Source: an uncultured Mageeibacillus sp. (GTDB lineage Bacteria; Bacillota; Clostridia; Saccharofermentanales; UBA5734). Taken from it: 62,589 nt of DNA. The position numbers were made by a program, and so were the translations under genes. Positions 1 to 9,904 of the stretch are shown here, piece by piece; the first letter of the stretch is position 1; each line of letters begins with the position of its first letter. Location of the stretch: contig CAZCMX010000004.1 of the NCBI GenBank assembly GCA_964499985.1, positions 1 through 62,589 on the forward strand, in the 5' to 3' direction. Under the pieces are notes generated by a model. It saw nothing but the letters and a program-made list of their open reading frames with translations, had not been told where the DNA came from and made no database searches.

Positions 1-956
1 TCCCAGCCCATGCCATGCTCGTCCATCAAAAGCCGCATCAGCTCTGGAATCCCGATGACCGGGTGGGTATCATTGAGCTGGATGCTGTGCCACTCGGCAA
101 AATTCTGCAGCTTGCCGTCATGGTTTTTCAGATGCTCGCGGATGATGCTCTGCAGGGAGGCTGAAACAAAGAAGTATTGCTGGCGGACGCGCAGGACCTT
201 GCCATCATAGGAGGTGTCATTGGGGTACAGCACACGGTAAATGTCATTGACCCGGTTCCGGTGCAGCACGGCGTCGTCGAAACGCTGGGAATTGAACAGG
301 TTGAAATCGAACTCGACGGCTGGCTCAGCCCGCCAGAGGCGCAAGGTATTGACATTGTCTGTGCCGAATCCGGTGATCGGCATGTCGTAGGGGACCGCAA
401 ACACATCCATGTCACTGTAATGGATCAGGACCTTCTCATCGTCCCGGCGCACCACAAAGGGATAGCCTCGTTCCATCCAGACATCCGGATACTCCTTCTG
501 GAACCCGTTCTCGATGGCCTGGCGGAACAAGCCGTAGCGGTAGAGGATGCCATAGCCGGTCACGGGCAGATTCTGGGTGGCGCAGGAATCCAGAAAGCAG
601 GCGGCCAGGCGGCCCAGGCCACCATTGCCGAGGGCTGCGTCATTTTCCTGTTCTTCGAGCTCGGTCAGATCATAGCCCAGACTGGCGACGGCCTCCCGGA
701 CGGTCTCATACAGGCCGAGATTGACCAGATTATTGACCAGTGAACGGCCCTCGAGAAACTCTGCTGAAAAATAATGAGCCTGGCGCTGCCGGGCATAATG
801 GGTGATCGAATTCTCCCAGCGATCGGCCAGCAATTCGACCACAGTCCGGGACAGGGCTGTCCAGAACTCGAACTGGCTGGCTGAGCCAGGCTGATGGGCG
901 TACTCGGCCCGCAGATGATGGATGATTTTATCTTTGACCTGTGCAACAGTCGTCAC
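1..956 (-). CDS. glgP: glycogen/maltodextrin phosphorylase (GT35), N-terminal ~318 codons; gene continues beyond left edge
   Basis: Absent from ORF track (open-ended). Manual minus-strand translation from GTG 956-954 gives VTTVAQVKDKIIHHL...AALGNGGLGRLAACFLDS...LRVRQQYFFVSASLQSIIREH...IQLNDTHPVIGIPELMRLLMDEHGMGW. GNGGLGRLAACFLDS and NDTHP are diagnostic phosphorylase motifs. AGGAGG lies 8 nt upstream. Confidence 0.85.
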   Translation of the reverse strand, partial: MTTVAQVKDKIIHHLRAEYAHQPGSASQFEFWTALSRTVVELLADRWENSITHYARQRQAHYFSAEFLEGRSLVNNLVNLGLYETVREAVASLGYDLTELEEQENDAALGNGGLGRLAACFLDSCATQNLPVTGYGILYRYGLFRQAIENGFQKEYPDVWMERGYPFVVRRDDEKVLIHYSDMDVFAVPYDMPITGFGTDNVNTLRLWRAEPAVEFDFNLFNSQRFDDAVLHRNRVNDIYRVLYPNDTSYDGKVLRVRQQYFFVSASLQSIIREHLKNHDGKLQNFAEWHSIQLNDTHPVIGIPELMRLLMDEHGMGW

Positions 957-1020
957 GCGAATGTCCTCCTAAATGATCCGAAATCATCGGATGGTGATTG
1001 GTAGACCAATCATCACGGCC

Positions 1021-1050
1021 ATTATAAGCCCTGGTGTCAAATAACGTCAA
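1021..1050 (-). promoter_or_regulatory. putative sigma-A-type promoter of glgP
   Basis: Minus strand reads TTGACG (1050-1045), 18 nt, TATAAT (1026-1021). Predicted start is near 1014. Confidence 0.5.
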
Positions 1051-1204
1051 TCAAAACTGTCATTCGATTGACATTCGGATTGCTGTGGATTGACGGCCAA
1101 AATTTCCGGACTGCAGCTCTGGTTTGCCCAGATTCACGGCTGATTTTTGGATTGTGCGGTTCGGCACAGATCGCTTAAGATAGGGTTATCAAAGGAGGAC
1201 AGCC

Positions 1205-1960
1205 ATGCAGGCGACCGATTTGCCCATCCTTTTTCCCAGTGCAGTTCTTGGATTTCTGGCCTGGCTGGCCTATCGCCAGTTGCCGGCTACCTGGCTGATT
1301 GAATATGGCGAGACTGTTCTGCCGCCGGAGCTGACGGATGGATCGCGCAGCCGATTCCTGCCGGACGGATTGTTCCTGACGGGCTTTGCTGCCGGTCTGG
1401 GCCTTCTGGGCTGGCTGAGAATCGAATCTCGGCCCTCCTTTGCCCTGTTTGCCCTGGCCAGCTTCCTGATGCTTTTGATTTTGATTGCGGACTGGAAAAC
1501 CAGGATCATCCCCGATCCCCTGACCGCGGGTCTGGCCATCCTGGCCCTGATCCATGCCATCATCCAGGTGATGGGCCGCGGCAGGCCCGTCGCTGAGCTG
1601 GGCTGGCGCTTCCTGGCCGGCATCCTGGCCGGTGCGCTGTTTCTCCTGATCGGCTGGATCGGCAGCCGCCTGGCCGGCCAGGATGCCATGGGCATGGGCG
1701 ATGTCAAGCTGATCATCCCCTGTGTCTGGATGCTGGACTACCGGCTTGCCGCCAGTCTGCTCTTCCTGTCCTTTTTGACCGCCTCCGTGTTTGCGATTCC
1801 GTTGCTGGTCAAAAAATATGCCCCGCGTCTGCCTGAAGCCGCCGAGCCGGATGGCGCCCTCGCTTTTGGCCCTTTCATCGTGATTGCCACCTGGCTATGC
1901 TGGCTGTTCGAACCGGAAATCCTGGCCTTCTGGCAATTCTACCTGGGCCAGTTTCAATGA
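1205..1960 (+). CDS. type IV prepilin-like leader peptidase (peptidase A24), short form without Cys-rich N-terminal domain
   Basis: 251-aa polytopic membrane protein with both catalytic Asp motifs, IADWKTRIIPD and GMGDVKL. AAGGAGG lies 6 nt before the ATG. Confidence 0.8.
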   Translation: MQATDLPILFPSAVLGFLAWLAYRQLPATWLIEYGETVLPPELTDGSRSRFLPDGLFLTGFAAGLGLLGWLRIESRPSFALFALASFLMLLILIADWKTRIIPDPLTAGLAILALIHAIIQVMGRGRPVAELGWRFLAGILAGALFLLIGWIGSRLAGQDAMGMGDVKLIIPCVWMLDYRLAASLLFLSFLTASVFAIPLLVKKYAPRLPEAAEPDGALAFGPFIVIATWLCWLFEPEILAFWQFYLGQFQ

Positions 1961-2907
1961 ATCGCGCCGCCGCAGGCATCCTTTTGATCATCCATACAGT
2001 CTTGACCCTGGCCTTGCAGCTCGCCACCCTGGCCAGTCCCGGGCTGTCCCGCTGGCTGGTGCAAGGCTCACTGGCCGGACTGGTCGGCCGGGCAGTCCTG
2101 ATGCAGGGCGGCCTGATCCTGTTGCCGACCTTATTCGTCATGCTCCTGGACCACCTGCCCGCTCAGGCGATCCTCGGTGGCCGCGCCCGGCCGGGCAGCC
2201 TGATCCTGGCCACCGTCATCGGAGTCCCGGCAGCAGTCGTCTTTCACGGTCTCAATAATCTGACCATCTATTTCCTGCTGCGCTTCGGCTGGCAGATGCC
2301 TGGCCCGGACCGGCAGGATGTCTATTCCAGCGAGATCTGGCAACAGTCCTGGCAAGTCATCCTGATCCTGGTCATGGTTCGTGTCCTGGCACCGGCCCTG
2401 ATCGAAGAGCTGATGTTCCGGGGAGTCATCCAGTCCAGCCTGGGCAATCAGGCCCCGGCCAGCCTGGCCATCTTCTGGCAGGCGATGGCATTTATGCTGT
2501 TCCATAACGATCCGTTTTTCCTGCTCCCCCCCTTCCTCGCCGGCTTGCTTCTGGGATATCTGCGGCATAATGGCGGCAGCCTGCTGCCCAGTGTCCTGGC
2601 CCATGCTTCCCTGAACCTGACCTTGCTCGCCCTGTCGCCGGTGCTGCCCCGTCTGACCGCTCAATATCTGAACCTGCCAGCCCGTTCGACCCAATCGATT
2701 TTCTATGCCTCCCTGATTGCCACCTTTGTTGCCGCAGTTGCTCTGGTGCCCTTGCTGGCCCTGCTGGCCCGCCTGCAGGCAGTCCCGGCCAGGCAAGACT
2801 GGCCTGACCGGACCTTGCGACTTGCCTTGCCGGGTGGCCTATTGTTTGCATTGGCTTTGCTATTGCTTCTTGCTACAATTGGAGTGACCTATTACCAATC
2901 CATCTGA
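1957..2907 (+). CDS. CPBP (CAAX/Abi) family intramembrane glutamic metalloprotease
   Basis: Motifs EELMFRG (EExxxR), FMLFHN (FxxxH) and AHASLN (HxxxN) in a multi-TM protein. Start set at ATG 1957, giving an ATGA overlap with the upstream stop; the track ORF starts at 1897 in the same frame. Confidence 0.75.
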   Translation: MNRAAAGILLIIHTVLTLALQLATLASPGLSRWLVQGSLAGLVGRAVLMQGGLILLPTLFVMLLDHLPAQAILGGRARPGSLILATVIGVPAAVVFHGLNNLTIYFLLRFGWQMPGPDRQDVYSSEIWQQSWQVILILVMVRVLAPALIEELMFRGVIQSSLGNQAPASLAIFWQAMAFMLFHNDPFFLLPPFLAGLLLGYLRHNGGSLLPSVLAHASLNLTLLALSPVLPRLTAQYLNLPARSTQSIFYASLIATFVAAVALVPLLALLARLQAVPARQDWPDRTLRLALPGGLLFALALLLLLATIGVTYYQSI

Positions 2908-2940
2908 AATGGGGACATCGGAGTCCATGAGGGGGCAAGC

Positions 2941-4209
2941 ATGCCAGAGACCGGCAAAGCACAGCGTGATTTGGCAACCATCATCGCCATCATCAAATAT
3001 CTGTTGATCACCGCCCTGGTGATCGGCCTGGTTTACCTGAGTTTCAGGATGTTCATCCTGCTCTTGCCCTTTGTGGCCGGCCTGGTCCTGGCCAGAAGCG
3101 CCATCGCCCTGGCCAACCGGGTCCATCCGCCGGCCCCCCCCGCCGCGGCCAAGCCTGGCAGAGGCAGCAAAGCCCTGCTGGCAGGTGAAAAGCCCAGTGG
3201 CGAGCCAGCTCCGGCTGCCGACGAATCCAGTGATTCCCCGGCAGCAGCCAGCACTCCGCCGGCTGCCCTGCTCAATATCCGCTGGGCGGTTGCCATCTAC
3301 ATCATCCTGGTCATCGCCCTGATCGCCCTGGTTGCCGGAGTCGTTTTCATCAGCATCACCCAGCTGCGCGAGCTGGCCACCTATGTGCCGCAATTCCTGA
3401 GCCAGACGGACATCGCCACGGTGGTCACGGAGCAGATGCGCTCCCTGGCCAAGATGCTCGGCTTTATCGACGAGCAGACCCTGGCGATGATCCAGAAATC
3501 GCTGGTCGACTGGCAGACTGGCCTGGTCAATGCCATCCCGAGCCTGGCGACCCGCCTGCTGAATGGGCTGGGCTCCTTCGTCGGCAATCTGCCGGCCATC
3601 TTCCTGGCCATCATCGTCATCCTGCTGTCCGGGTATTATTTCATCTCCGACAGTGCCAATCTCTACCGGTTCCTGGACCACAGCCTCAACAACAAGGCCT
3701 TTCTCGAAAAATCAGTCAATCTGTTCAATATCCTGTCCCAGACCCTGCTGCGGGTCATTGGCGGCTATATGCTGCTTCTGATCATCACCTTTGCCATGGT
3801 CCTGGTCGGCCTGCTCCTGATCGACATGCCCTATGCCGTTGTCTTTGCCTTGCTCGCTGCCATTGTCGATTTCCTGCCGGTGCTCGGCATCAGTGCAACG
3901 ATGATCCCGATTGCGATCTACCAGTTCATCAATGCCAACTTCTGGGGCGGTGTCGGTGCCCTGATCACCTTTCTGGCCGTCTCAGTCATCCGCCGGTTCA
4001 TCGAGCCGCCGATCCTGGGCAATGCCTTGCGCCTGCATCCGATGGCCACCTTGTTCTCGATGATTGTCGGTGTGGCTGCCTATGGTCTGGGGGGTGTTCT
4101 GGTGGGCCCGGTGATCCTGGTGATCGCCAAGGAGATCCTGGCCCAGTTTGGCTTTGACAAGAAATTGCGCCAGATGATGGGGGACTTGCTGTCGAGAGTC
4201 ATCGATTGA
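2941..4209 (+). CDS. AI-2E family transporter (UPF0118, PerM/YtvI-like permease)
   Basis: 422 aa and multi-TM, with the conserved C-terminal core IVDFLPVLGISATMIPIAIYQF. There is a Pro/Ala-rich insert after TM1-2. GAGGGGG lies 6 nt upstream. Confidence 0.7.
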   Translation: MPETGKAQRDLATIIAIIKYLLITALVIGLVYLSFRMFILLLPFVAGLVLARSAIALANRVHPPAPPAAAKPGRGSKALLAGEKPSGEPAPAADESSDSPAAASTPPAALLNIRWAVAIYIILVIALIALVAGVVFISITQLRELATYVPQFLSQTDIATVVTEQMRSLAKMLGFIDEQTLAMIQKSLVDWQTGLVNAIPSLATRLLNGLGSFVGNLPAIFLAIIVILLSGYYFISDSANLYRFLDHSLNNKAFLEKSVNLFNILSQTLLRVIGGYMLLLIITFAMVLVGLLLIDMPYAVVFALLAAIVDFLPVLGISATMIPIAIYQFINANFWGGVGALITFLAVSVIRRFIEPPILGNALRLHPMATLFSMIVGVAAYGLGGVLVGPVILVIAKEILAQFGFDKKLRQMMGDLLSRVID

Positions 4210-4254
4210 TTCCGGCCGCCCGGTTCCGGACCTGGCTTCACCTGTGACTGGAAT

Positions 4255-4283
4255 GAAAAAAGCCGGCGGCTGCCGGCTTTTTC
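4255..4283. terminator. bidirectional intrinsic terminator between convergent AI-2E and U32 genes
   Basis: AAAAAA-AGCCGGC-ggct-GCCGGCT-TTTT: 7-bp GC stem flanked by an A-run and a T-run. Confidence 0.75.
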
Positions 4284-5568
4284 AATGCTGGTTGGGGGTG
4301 TCCTTGTCGCCGAGGCGCCGGATGAATGAGCCTGGCCTGACGGGTTCGGCGACTGGCAGGTAATAGTACATCTTGGGATGTGGCGTGCTGGTGATCGGAC
4401 GCCGTTCGAGGTCGAGAAGCGCCTGGACCTGGAGCTCCAGATGGCGGCCTTTGGGCTGGACGATTTCAATCGTTTCGCCCAGGCTGACTTTGTTGCGCTG
4501 CTGCACCAGCAAAAGGCCGCTGTCCGGCAGATAAGCCTCGGCCACACCAATCACAGCCGCTTCGCGAACCTGTGTATCCTGGAGGAAAATCTTGGCCTCT
4601 GCAGCTGGACGGCTGAAATAAAAACCGGTGTCGAAGGGCCGGTGGACGGTTTTGCTCAGATCAGACAGCCAGGCCGGATCGACGCTGAAATGGCCGGGAT
4701 CGGCCAGGTACTGGTCAATCGCCTCGCGGTATGCCTTGACCACCGTCGCAACGTAGAAGGCACTCTTGACCCGGCCTTCGATCTTGAAGCTGTCGAGGCC
4801 AGCGGCCACAAGCGCCGGGATATGCTCGATCAGGCACAGGTCACGCGAATTCATCAGATAGGTGCCGCGCTGGTCTTCGGTCAGCAGCAGCGGCTGATCC
4901 GGGCGCTTGACCTCGCGCACCTCGTATTCCCAACGGCAGGGCTGGGCACATTCGCCCTGGTTGGCACCGCGGCCGGTCAGGAAATTGGAGAGCAGGCAAC
5001 GGCCGGAATAAGCCATGCACATGGCCCCATGGACAAAGGCTTCCAGTTCGATCTCAGCGGGAATCTGTTCCCGGATGGTCCGGATTTCATCCAGACCGAG
5101 CTCACGGGCCAGGACAATCCGGCTGGCGCCCTGGCGGGCCCAGAAACGGACGGCCTCGGCATTGGTCACACTGGCCTGGGTACTGATGTGGATCGGCAGG
5201 TCTGGTGCCTCTTCCCGGGCCAAGGCAAAGATGCCCGGATCGGAAATGATCAGGGCATCCGGTCCGATCGGGCGCAGCGCCCGCATAAACGTCCGGACGG
5301 AGCGCATATCTGCCGGATGTGCCAGGATATTGGCGGCAACATAGACTCTGACCTGGTGGTCATGCGCATAGCTGATGGCATCTGCCAGCTCGTCCAGGGG
5401 AAAATTGCCACTCTGGGCCCGCAGGCTGAATTGTTTGCTGCCCAGATAGACGGCATCCGCCCCATAGGCGATGGCAGTCTCGAGCTTGGCCCGGTCACCG
5501 GCAGGAGCCAGCAATTCCGGCCGTCTCTGCTGGGAGGGCCTGGCCGGCCAGGCAGAAGGATCAGCCAT
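4282..5568 (-). CDS. peptidase U32 family protein (YrrO/TrhP-like)
   Basis: N-terminus PELLAPAGDRAKLETAIAYGADAVYLG is typical of U32. Start set at ATG 5568-5566, an 8-nt overlap with the mltG stop. The 587-aa track ORF is an upstream extension through mltG in another frame. mltG-U32 adjacency resembles Bacillus yrrL-yrrNO. Confidence 0.8.
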   Translation of the reverse strand: MADPSAWPARPSQQRRPELLAPAGDRAKLETAIAYGADAVYLGSKQFSLRAQSGNFPLDELADAISYAHDHQVRVYVAANILAHPADMRSVRTFMRALRPIGPDALIISDPGIFALAREEAPDLPIHISTQASVTNAEAVRFWARQGASRIVLARELGLDEIRTIREQIPAEIELEAFVHGAMCMAYSGRCLLSNFLTGRGANQGECAQPCRWEYEVREVKRPDQPLLLTEDQRGTYLMNSRDLCLIEHIPALVAAGLDSFKIEGRVKSAFYVATVVKAYREAIDQYLADPGHFSVDPAWLSDLSKTVHRPFDTGFYFSRPAAEAKIFLQDTQVREAAVIGVAEAYLPDSGLLLVQQRNKVSLGETIEIVQPKGRHLELQVQALLDLERRPITSTPHPKMYYYLPVAEPVRPGSFIRRLGDKDTPNQH

Positions 5569-6706
5569 TGTCAGCGGGATTGGCCGCCTGGTATTTGGCG
5601 ACCTTGGCATTGTGTTCATCCAGCGTCTTGGAGAAATCACTGCTGCCGGTCTCGTCGCCCTTGGCCACAAAATACAGGTATTCATGCTTGGCCGGCCAGA
5701 GGGCAGCCCGGATCGCCAGGTCGCCGGGCGAGCAAATCGGACCCGGCGGCAGGCCGAGATTGGTATACGTATTGTAGGGGCTGACAAAGGCGTCAATCTC
5801 CGACTGGGACAGCCAGAGCTTGGTGTCCAGGCCATTTTCCTTGCGCATATAGTTGATGGTCGCGTCTGTGCCCAGCGGCATTTCCCGGTCGAGCCGGTTC
5901 CAGAACACCCCGGAAATGGTGCGCATTTCTTCGTTGAGCGAGGTTTCGATCTGGATGATCGAGGCCAGGGTGATGGCCTCGTCCAGCGAGATCCCCCGCG
6001 CCTTGGCCTGTTCGGAATACTTGTCCTGCAGCTTCTTCTGGGCATTGTTGAGGAAGGTCCGGATAATCGTCTCCTCGTCTGTATTCATGTCAAATTCATA
6101 GGTGTCCGGATACAGATAGCCCTGGAGCAGCCAGTCCCGGCCTGGTTTGGGATCGATCGCCGCGACGAAAGGGTAGTCGACGAACAGCTGGGGATTTTTC
6201 ATCAGGCTGTCGAGCCTCTTCTCGTCAAAGCTGACGCCCGCCTCCTGGAGCCGGGCCTTGACCTCGCGGTACGTCAGGCCCTCCGGGAAGGTGACCCGGA
6301 CCGCATTCGGCTTCTGGGTCAGGATATACATGATCTCGTCATAGCTCATCTTGTCTGTGACATAGTGGGTGCCCGCCAGATAGGCGCCGTCGAAGCCATT
6401 GAATTTCGACAGAATGGTGAACACCAGCGGATTGCTGATCACCTTGCGGGCTTCGAGGATGTCGGCGATATCGGCGGTATCGGCTGCCCGCGGAATATAA
6501 ATCTCGATCGCACCCTTGCTGTCCTTATTGATCTTGAACGGATTATTGGCCTCTGGCTTCAGAAATTCGGCATCGAGCTGGTCAAAGCGGGCATTTTGCG
6601 AAATGACATAGGTCATGCCGAAATAAAACCCGATGGCGGCGATCACCAGGAGGACAAAAACCGTCACAACGGTCATCAGGGTGCGTTTGACGCGGCGAGC
6701 GAGCAT
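5561..6706 (-). CDS. mltG: endolytic murein transglycosylase MltG (YceG-like)
   Basis: 381 aa with an N-terminal TM and a YceG-like C-terminus ...LYFVAKGDETGSSDFSKTLDEHN. Confidence 0.85.
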   Translation of the reverse strand: MLARRVKRTLMTVVTVFVLLVIAAIGFYFGMTYVISQNARFDQLDAEFLKPEANNPFKINKDSKGAIEIYIPRAADTADIADILEARKVISNPLVFTILSKFNGFDGAYLAGTHYVTDKMSYDEIMYILTQKPNAVRVTFPEGLTYREVKARLQEAGVSFDEKRLDSLMKNPQLFVDYPFVAAIDPKPGRDWLLQGYLYPDTYEFDMNTDEETIIRTFLNNAQKKLQDKYSEQAKARGISLDEAITLASIIQIETSLNEEMRTISGVFWNRLDREMPLGTDATINYMRKENGLDTKLWLSQSEIDAFVSPYNTYTNLGLPPGPICSPGDLAIRAALWPAKHEYLYFVAKGDETGSSDFSKTLDEHNAKVAKYQAANPADNG

Positions 6707-6715
6707 ACTACCTCA

Positions 6716-8563
6716 TCAGTCGTTCTTGCGCGAGCGTTGTTTGGCGCGCATTTCGGAATTGAGGATCCGCTTTCTCAGGCGGATCGATTTGGGGGTGACT
6801 TCGATCAGCTCATCGTCCGAAACGAACTCCAGGTGCTGCTCCAGGCTCATCAGGACCGGCGGGACCAGGCGCAGGGCATCATCGGAGCCCGATGCGCGCA
6901 TATTGGTGACGTGTTTTTTCTTGCAGACGTTGACGACAATGTCATCATTCTTGGGATTGGCACCGACGACCATGCCTTCATAGACGGGCGTACCGGCGCC
7001 GATGAAAAGGCTGCCGCGCTCCTGGGCATTGTACAGGCCATAGGCCACGGCATCGCCGGATTCCCAGGCCACGAGGACCCCATGGGGCCGGGTCTCGATC
7101 TCGCCCTTCCACGGTTCGAATCCGCTGATCACGCTGTTCATTATACCATTGCCCTTGGTGTCGGTCAAAAACTCAGTCCGGTAGCCGATCAGTCCGCGTG
7201 AGGGAATCGTGAACTCCAGACGGGAATAGCCCTTCTCCGGCGGCAGCATATTGGTCAGCTCGGCGCGGCGGTGGCCCAGCTTTTCAATAACGGCGCCGAC
7301 GAAATCCTCCGGCACATCGATCATGACCATTTCGACCGGTTCGCTGAGCACGCCCTCGACTTCCTTGACAATGACCTTCGGTTTGCTGACCTGGAATTCA
7401 TAGCCCTCCCGGCGCATGGTCTCGATCAGGATCGACAGGTGCAGCTCGCCGCGGCCCTTGACGATGAAGGATTCGGTGGTGTCTGTCTCCTCGAGGCGCA
7501 TCGAGACATTGGTTTCCATCTCGCGGAACAGCCGTTCGCGCAGGTGGCGCGAGGTGACGAATTTGCCCTCGCGACCGGCAAACGGGCTGTCATTGACGGA
7601 GAAAGTCATGGCGATGGTCGGTTCATCGATGTCGACAAAGGGCAGCGGATCAACCGCACCCTGGGCACAGACGGTGTCACCGATATTGATTTCCGGGATC
7701 CCGGCCACACAGACGATTTCGCCGATCTGGGCCTCATTGACCTCACAGCGCCGGAGGCCCTCGTAGCGGAACAGCTTGACGATCCGGGCATTTTTGGTTG
7801 CCGAGTCATTGTATGTGCAAACGGTGACGGTCTGGTTCTGGCTGATGGTGCCGCGTTCGAGGCGGCCGATCGCGATCCGGCCAATATAAGAATCGTAGTC
7901 GATATTGGAGACCAGCAGCTGCAAAGGAGCCTCTGGTTCACCCACAGGACAGGGGATATATTCAATGATGGATTCAAAAACTGGCCGGAAATCAGCCTGC
8001 GCCAGCTTGTTGCCTTCGATGTCCTTGAGATCGGTGCAGGCATAGCCGCTGCGTCCCGAGGCATAAAGGATCGGGAAATCCAGCTGCTGATCGTCCGCAC
8101 CCAGCTCGATGAACAGCTCGAGCACCATGTCGACGACCTCCAGCGGCCGGGCATCGGGCCGGTCGATCTTGTTGATGACCACGATCGGCTGCAATTTCAT
8201 GGCCAGGGCTTTGCGCAAGACGAAACGGGTCTGCGGCATTGGGCCGTCATAGGCATCGACCACCAGGAGAACCCCATCGACCATTTTGAGCACGCGTTCA
8301 ACCTCGCCACCGAAATCGGCATGTCCAGGCGTATCGACGATATTGATCCGGTAATCGCCGTAACGGACGGCGGTGTTTTTGGCCAGGATGGTGATGCCCC
8401 GTTCGCGTTCGAGGGCATTGGAATCCATGACCTGTTCCACAATTTGCTCATTGTCCCGGAAAACGCCGCTTTGCTTGAGCATGACATCGACCAGGGTGGT
8501 TTTGCCGTGGTCGACATGGGCAATGATGGCAATATTGCGCAGATTCTTGATTTCAGTTGACAC
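6716..8563 (-). CDS. typA: translational GTPase TypA/BipA
   Basis: 615 aa; [18 protein letters not shown]1 motif and EF-G-like layout. GTG start with GGAGAA 9 nt upstream. Confidence 0.95.
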   Translation of the reverse strand: MSTEIKNLRNIAIIAHVDHGKTTLVDVMLKQSGVFRDNEQIVEQVMDSNALERERGITILAKNTAVRYGDYRINIVDTPGHADFGGEVERVLKMVDGVLLVVDAYDGPMPQTRFVLRKALAMKLQPIVVINKIDRPDARPLEVVDMVLELFIELGADDQQLDFPILYASGRSGYACTDLKDIEGNKLAQADFRPVFESIIEYIPCPVGEPEAPLQLLVSNIDYDSYIGRIAIGRLERGTISQNQTVTVCTYNDSATKNARIVKLFRYEGLRRCEVNEAQIGEIVCVAGIPEINIGDTVCAQGAVDPLPFVDIDEPTIAMTFSVNDSPFAGREGKFVTSRHLRERLFREMETNVSMRLEETDTTESFIVKGRGELHLSILIETMRREGYEFQVSKPKVIVKEVEGVLSEPVEMVMIDVPEDFVGAVIEKLGHRRAELTNMLPPEKGYSRLEFTIPSRGLIGYRTEFLTDTKGNGIMNSVISGFEPWKGEIETRPHGVLVAWESGDAVAYGLYNAQERGSLFIGAGTPVYEGMVVGANPKNDDIVVNVCKKKHVTNMRASGSDDALRLVPPVLMSLEQHLEFVSDDELIEVTPKSIRLRKRILNSEMRAKQRSRKND

Positions 8564-8578
8564 GTTGGGAGGTTCTCC

Positions 8579-9904
8579 TTAATCTTCTTTGTTCTTGTCG
8601 CGGAGCATGATCCAGATCGGCGTACCGGCAAAGCCATAGTTTTTGCGGAACTGGTTCTCAAGGTACCGTTCATAAGAGAAATGCATCAGGTGGTGGTCAT
8701 TGACGAACAGGACAAATTGCGGCGGCCGGACCCCGACCTGGGTGCCATAATAGATCTTGAGATGGCGGCCCTTGTCCTGGGGGGTCGGAACCATGGCGGT
8801 CGATTCATTCAGCAGGTCATTGAGCATGCCCGTCGACAGGCGTTGGCTGGCGCTGTGATAGACCTCATTGATCTTTTCAAACAGGCGATGGACGCGCTGG
8901 CCGGTCAGGGCCGAAATAAAGACAATCGGCGCATAGGCCATGAAGGGAAACTTTTCCCGGACCTGGCGCTCGTAATTTTCCAGGGTTCCAGTTTCCTTGG
9001 CCACCAGGTCCCATTTGTTGATGACCAGGATCGAGGCCTTGCCGGCATTATGGGCATAGCCGGCGACCTTCGTATCCTGTTCAGTGACACCTTCTGCGGC
9101 ATCGATCAGAATCAGGCAGACATCTGCCCGTTCAATCGCGGCCAGGGAACGGATCATGCTGTATTTTTCGACACTCTCGTCGATCCGGCTCTTCTTTCTG
9201 AGACCAGCCGTATCGATGAACCGGTAGCTGCCGAATTCATTGGCGAACTCGGAGTCGATGGCATCCCGTGTCGTGCCAGGGATATTGGAGACAATGGAAC
9301 GCTCATAGCCAAGAATCCGGTTGACCAGGGACGATTTGCCGGCATTCGGCTTGCCAATCACGGCAACGGAGATCTTGTCTTCATCGCCCTCATGCTCGGC
9401 AGGTTCCGGGAAATGGGTGAAGACCTCATCGAGCAATTCGCCAATCCCCAGGCGGTGGGCCGAGGAAATGGCGAAGATATCGCCGAGGCCGAGATTATAG
9501 AATTCGTAGGCATCCGGTGGGGTTTCGCCGACAAAATCGGCCTTGTTGACGCCGACGACGACTGGCTTGCCCGATTTGCGGAGCATTTCGGCAATTTCCG
9601 CATCATCGGCGGTCAGGCCAGCCTTGATATCCACGACAAAAATGATCACATCCGCCGTTTCGATGGCAATCTGGGCCTGCTCACGCATCGAGCGCAGGAT
9701 GATGTCATCGGTCTGGGGCTCGATGCCGCCGGTATCTATGATCGAAAAGGGGCGGCTGCGCCATTCGGCATCGGCATAGATCCGGTCCCGGGTGATGCCT
9801 GGGGCATCATCGACAATCGAAACCCGTTCCCCGGCCAGATAGTTGAACAGGGTGGATTTGCCGACATTGGGCCGGCCGACAATCGCAACAATCGGTTTGC
9901 TCAT
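8579..9904 (-). CDS. der: ribosome biogenesis GTPase Der (EngA)
   Basis: Two tandem G domains (GRPNVGKSTLFN, GKPNAGKSSLVN) plus a KH-like C-terminus. ATGA overlap with the upstream gene at 9901-9904. Confidence 0.95.
   Translation of the reverse strand: MSKPIVAIVGRPNVGKSTLFNYLAGERVSIVDDAPGITRDRIYADAEWRSRPFSIIDTGGIEPQTDDIILRSMREQAQIAIETADVIIFVVDIKAGLTADDAEIAEMLRKSGKPVVVGVNKADFVGETPPDAYEFYNLGLGDIFAISSAHRLGIGELLDEVFTHFPEPAEHEGDEDKISVAVIGKPNAGKSSLVNRILGYERSIVSNIPGTTRDAIDSEFANEFGSYRFIDTAGLRKKSRIDESVEKYSMIRSLAAIERADVCLILIDAAEGVTEQDTKVAGYAHNAGKASILVINKWDLVAKETGTLENYERQVREKFPFMAYAPIVFISALTGQRVHRLFEKINEVYHSASQRLSTGMLNDLLNESTAMVPTPQDKGRHLKIYYGTQVGVRPPQFVLFVNDHHLMHFSYERYLENQFRKNYGFAGTPIWIMLRDKNKED

Noticed and set aside
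1040-1075. Possible CcpA cre site or carbon-catabolite operator at the glgP promoter.
   Set aside because: The sequence does not fit WTGNAANCGNWNNCW by eye. It is kept only as an uncharacterised inverted repeat.
4282-6045. 587-aa version of the U32 peptidase ORF.
   Set aside because: The first 159 codons overlap mltG in another frame and are Arg/Pro/Ser-rich nonsense. Homology begins right after the internal ATG at 5568, which overlaps the mltG stop.
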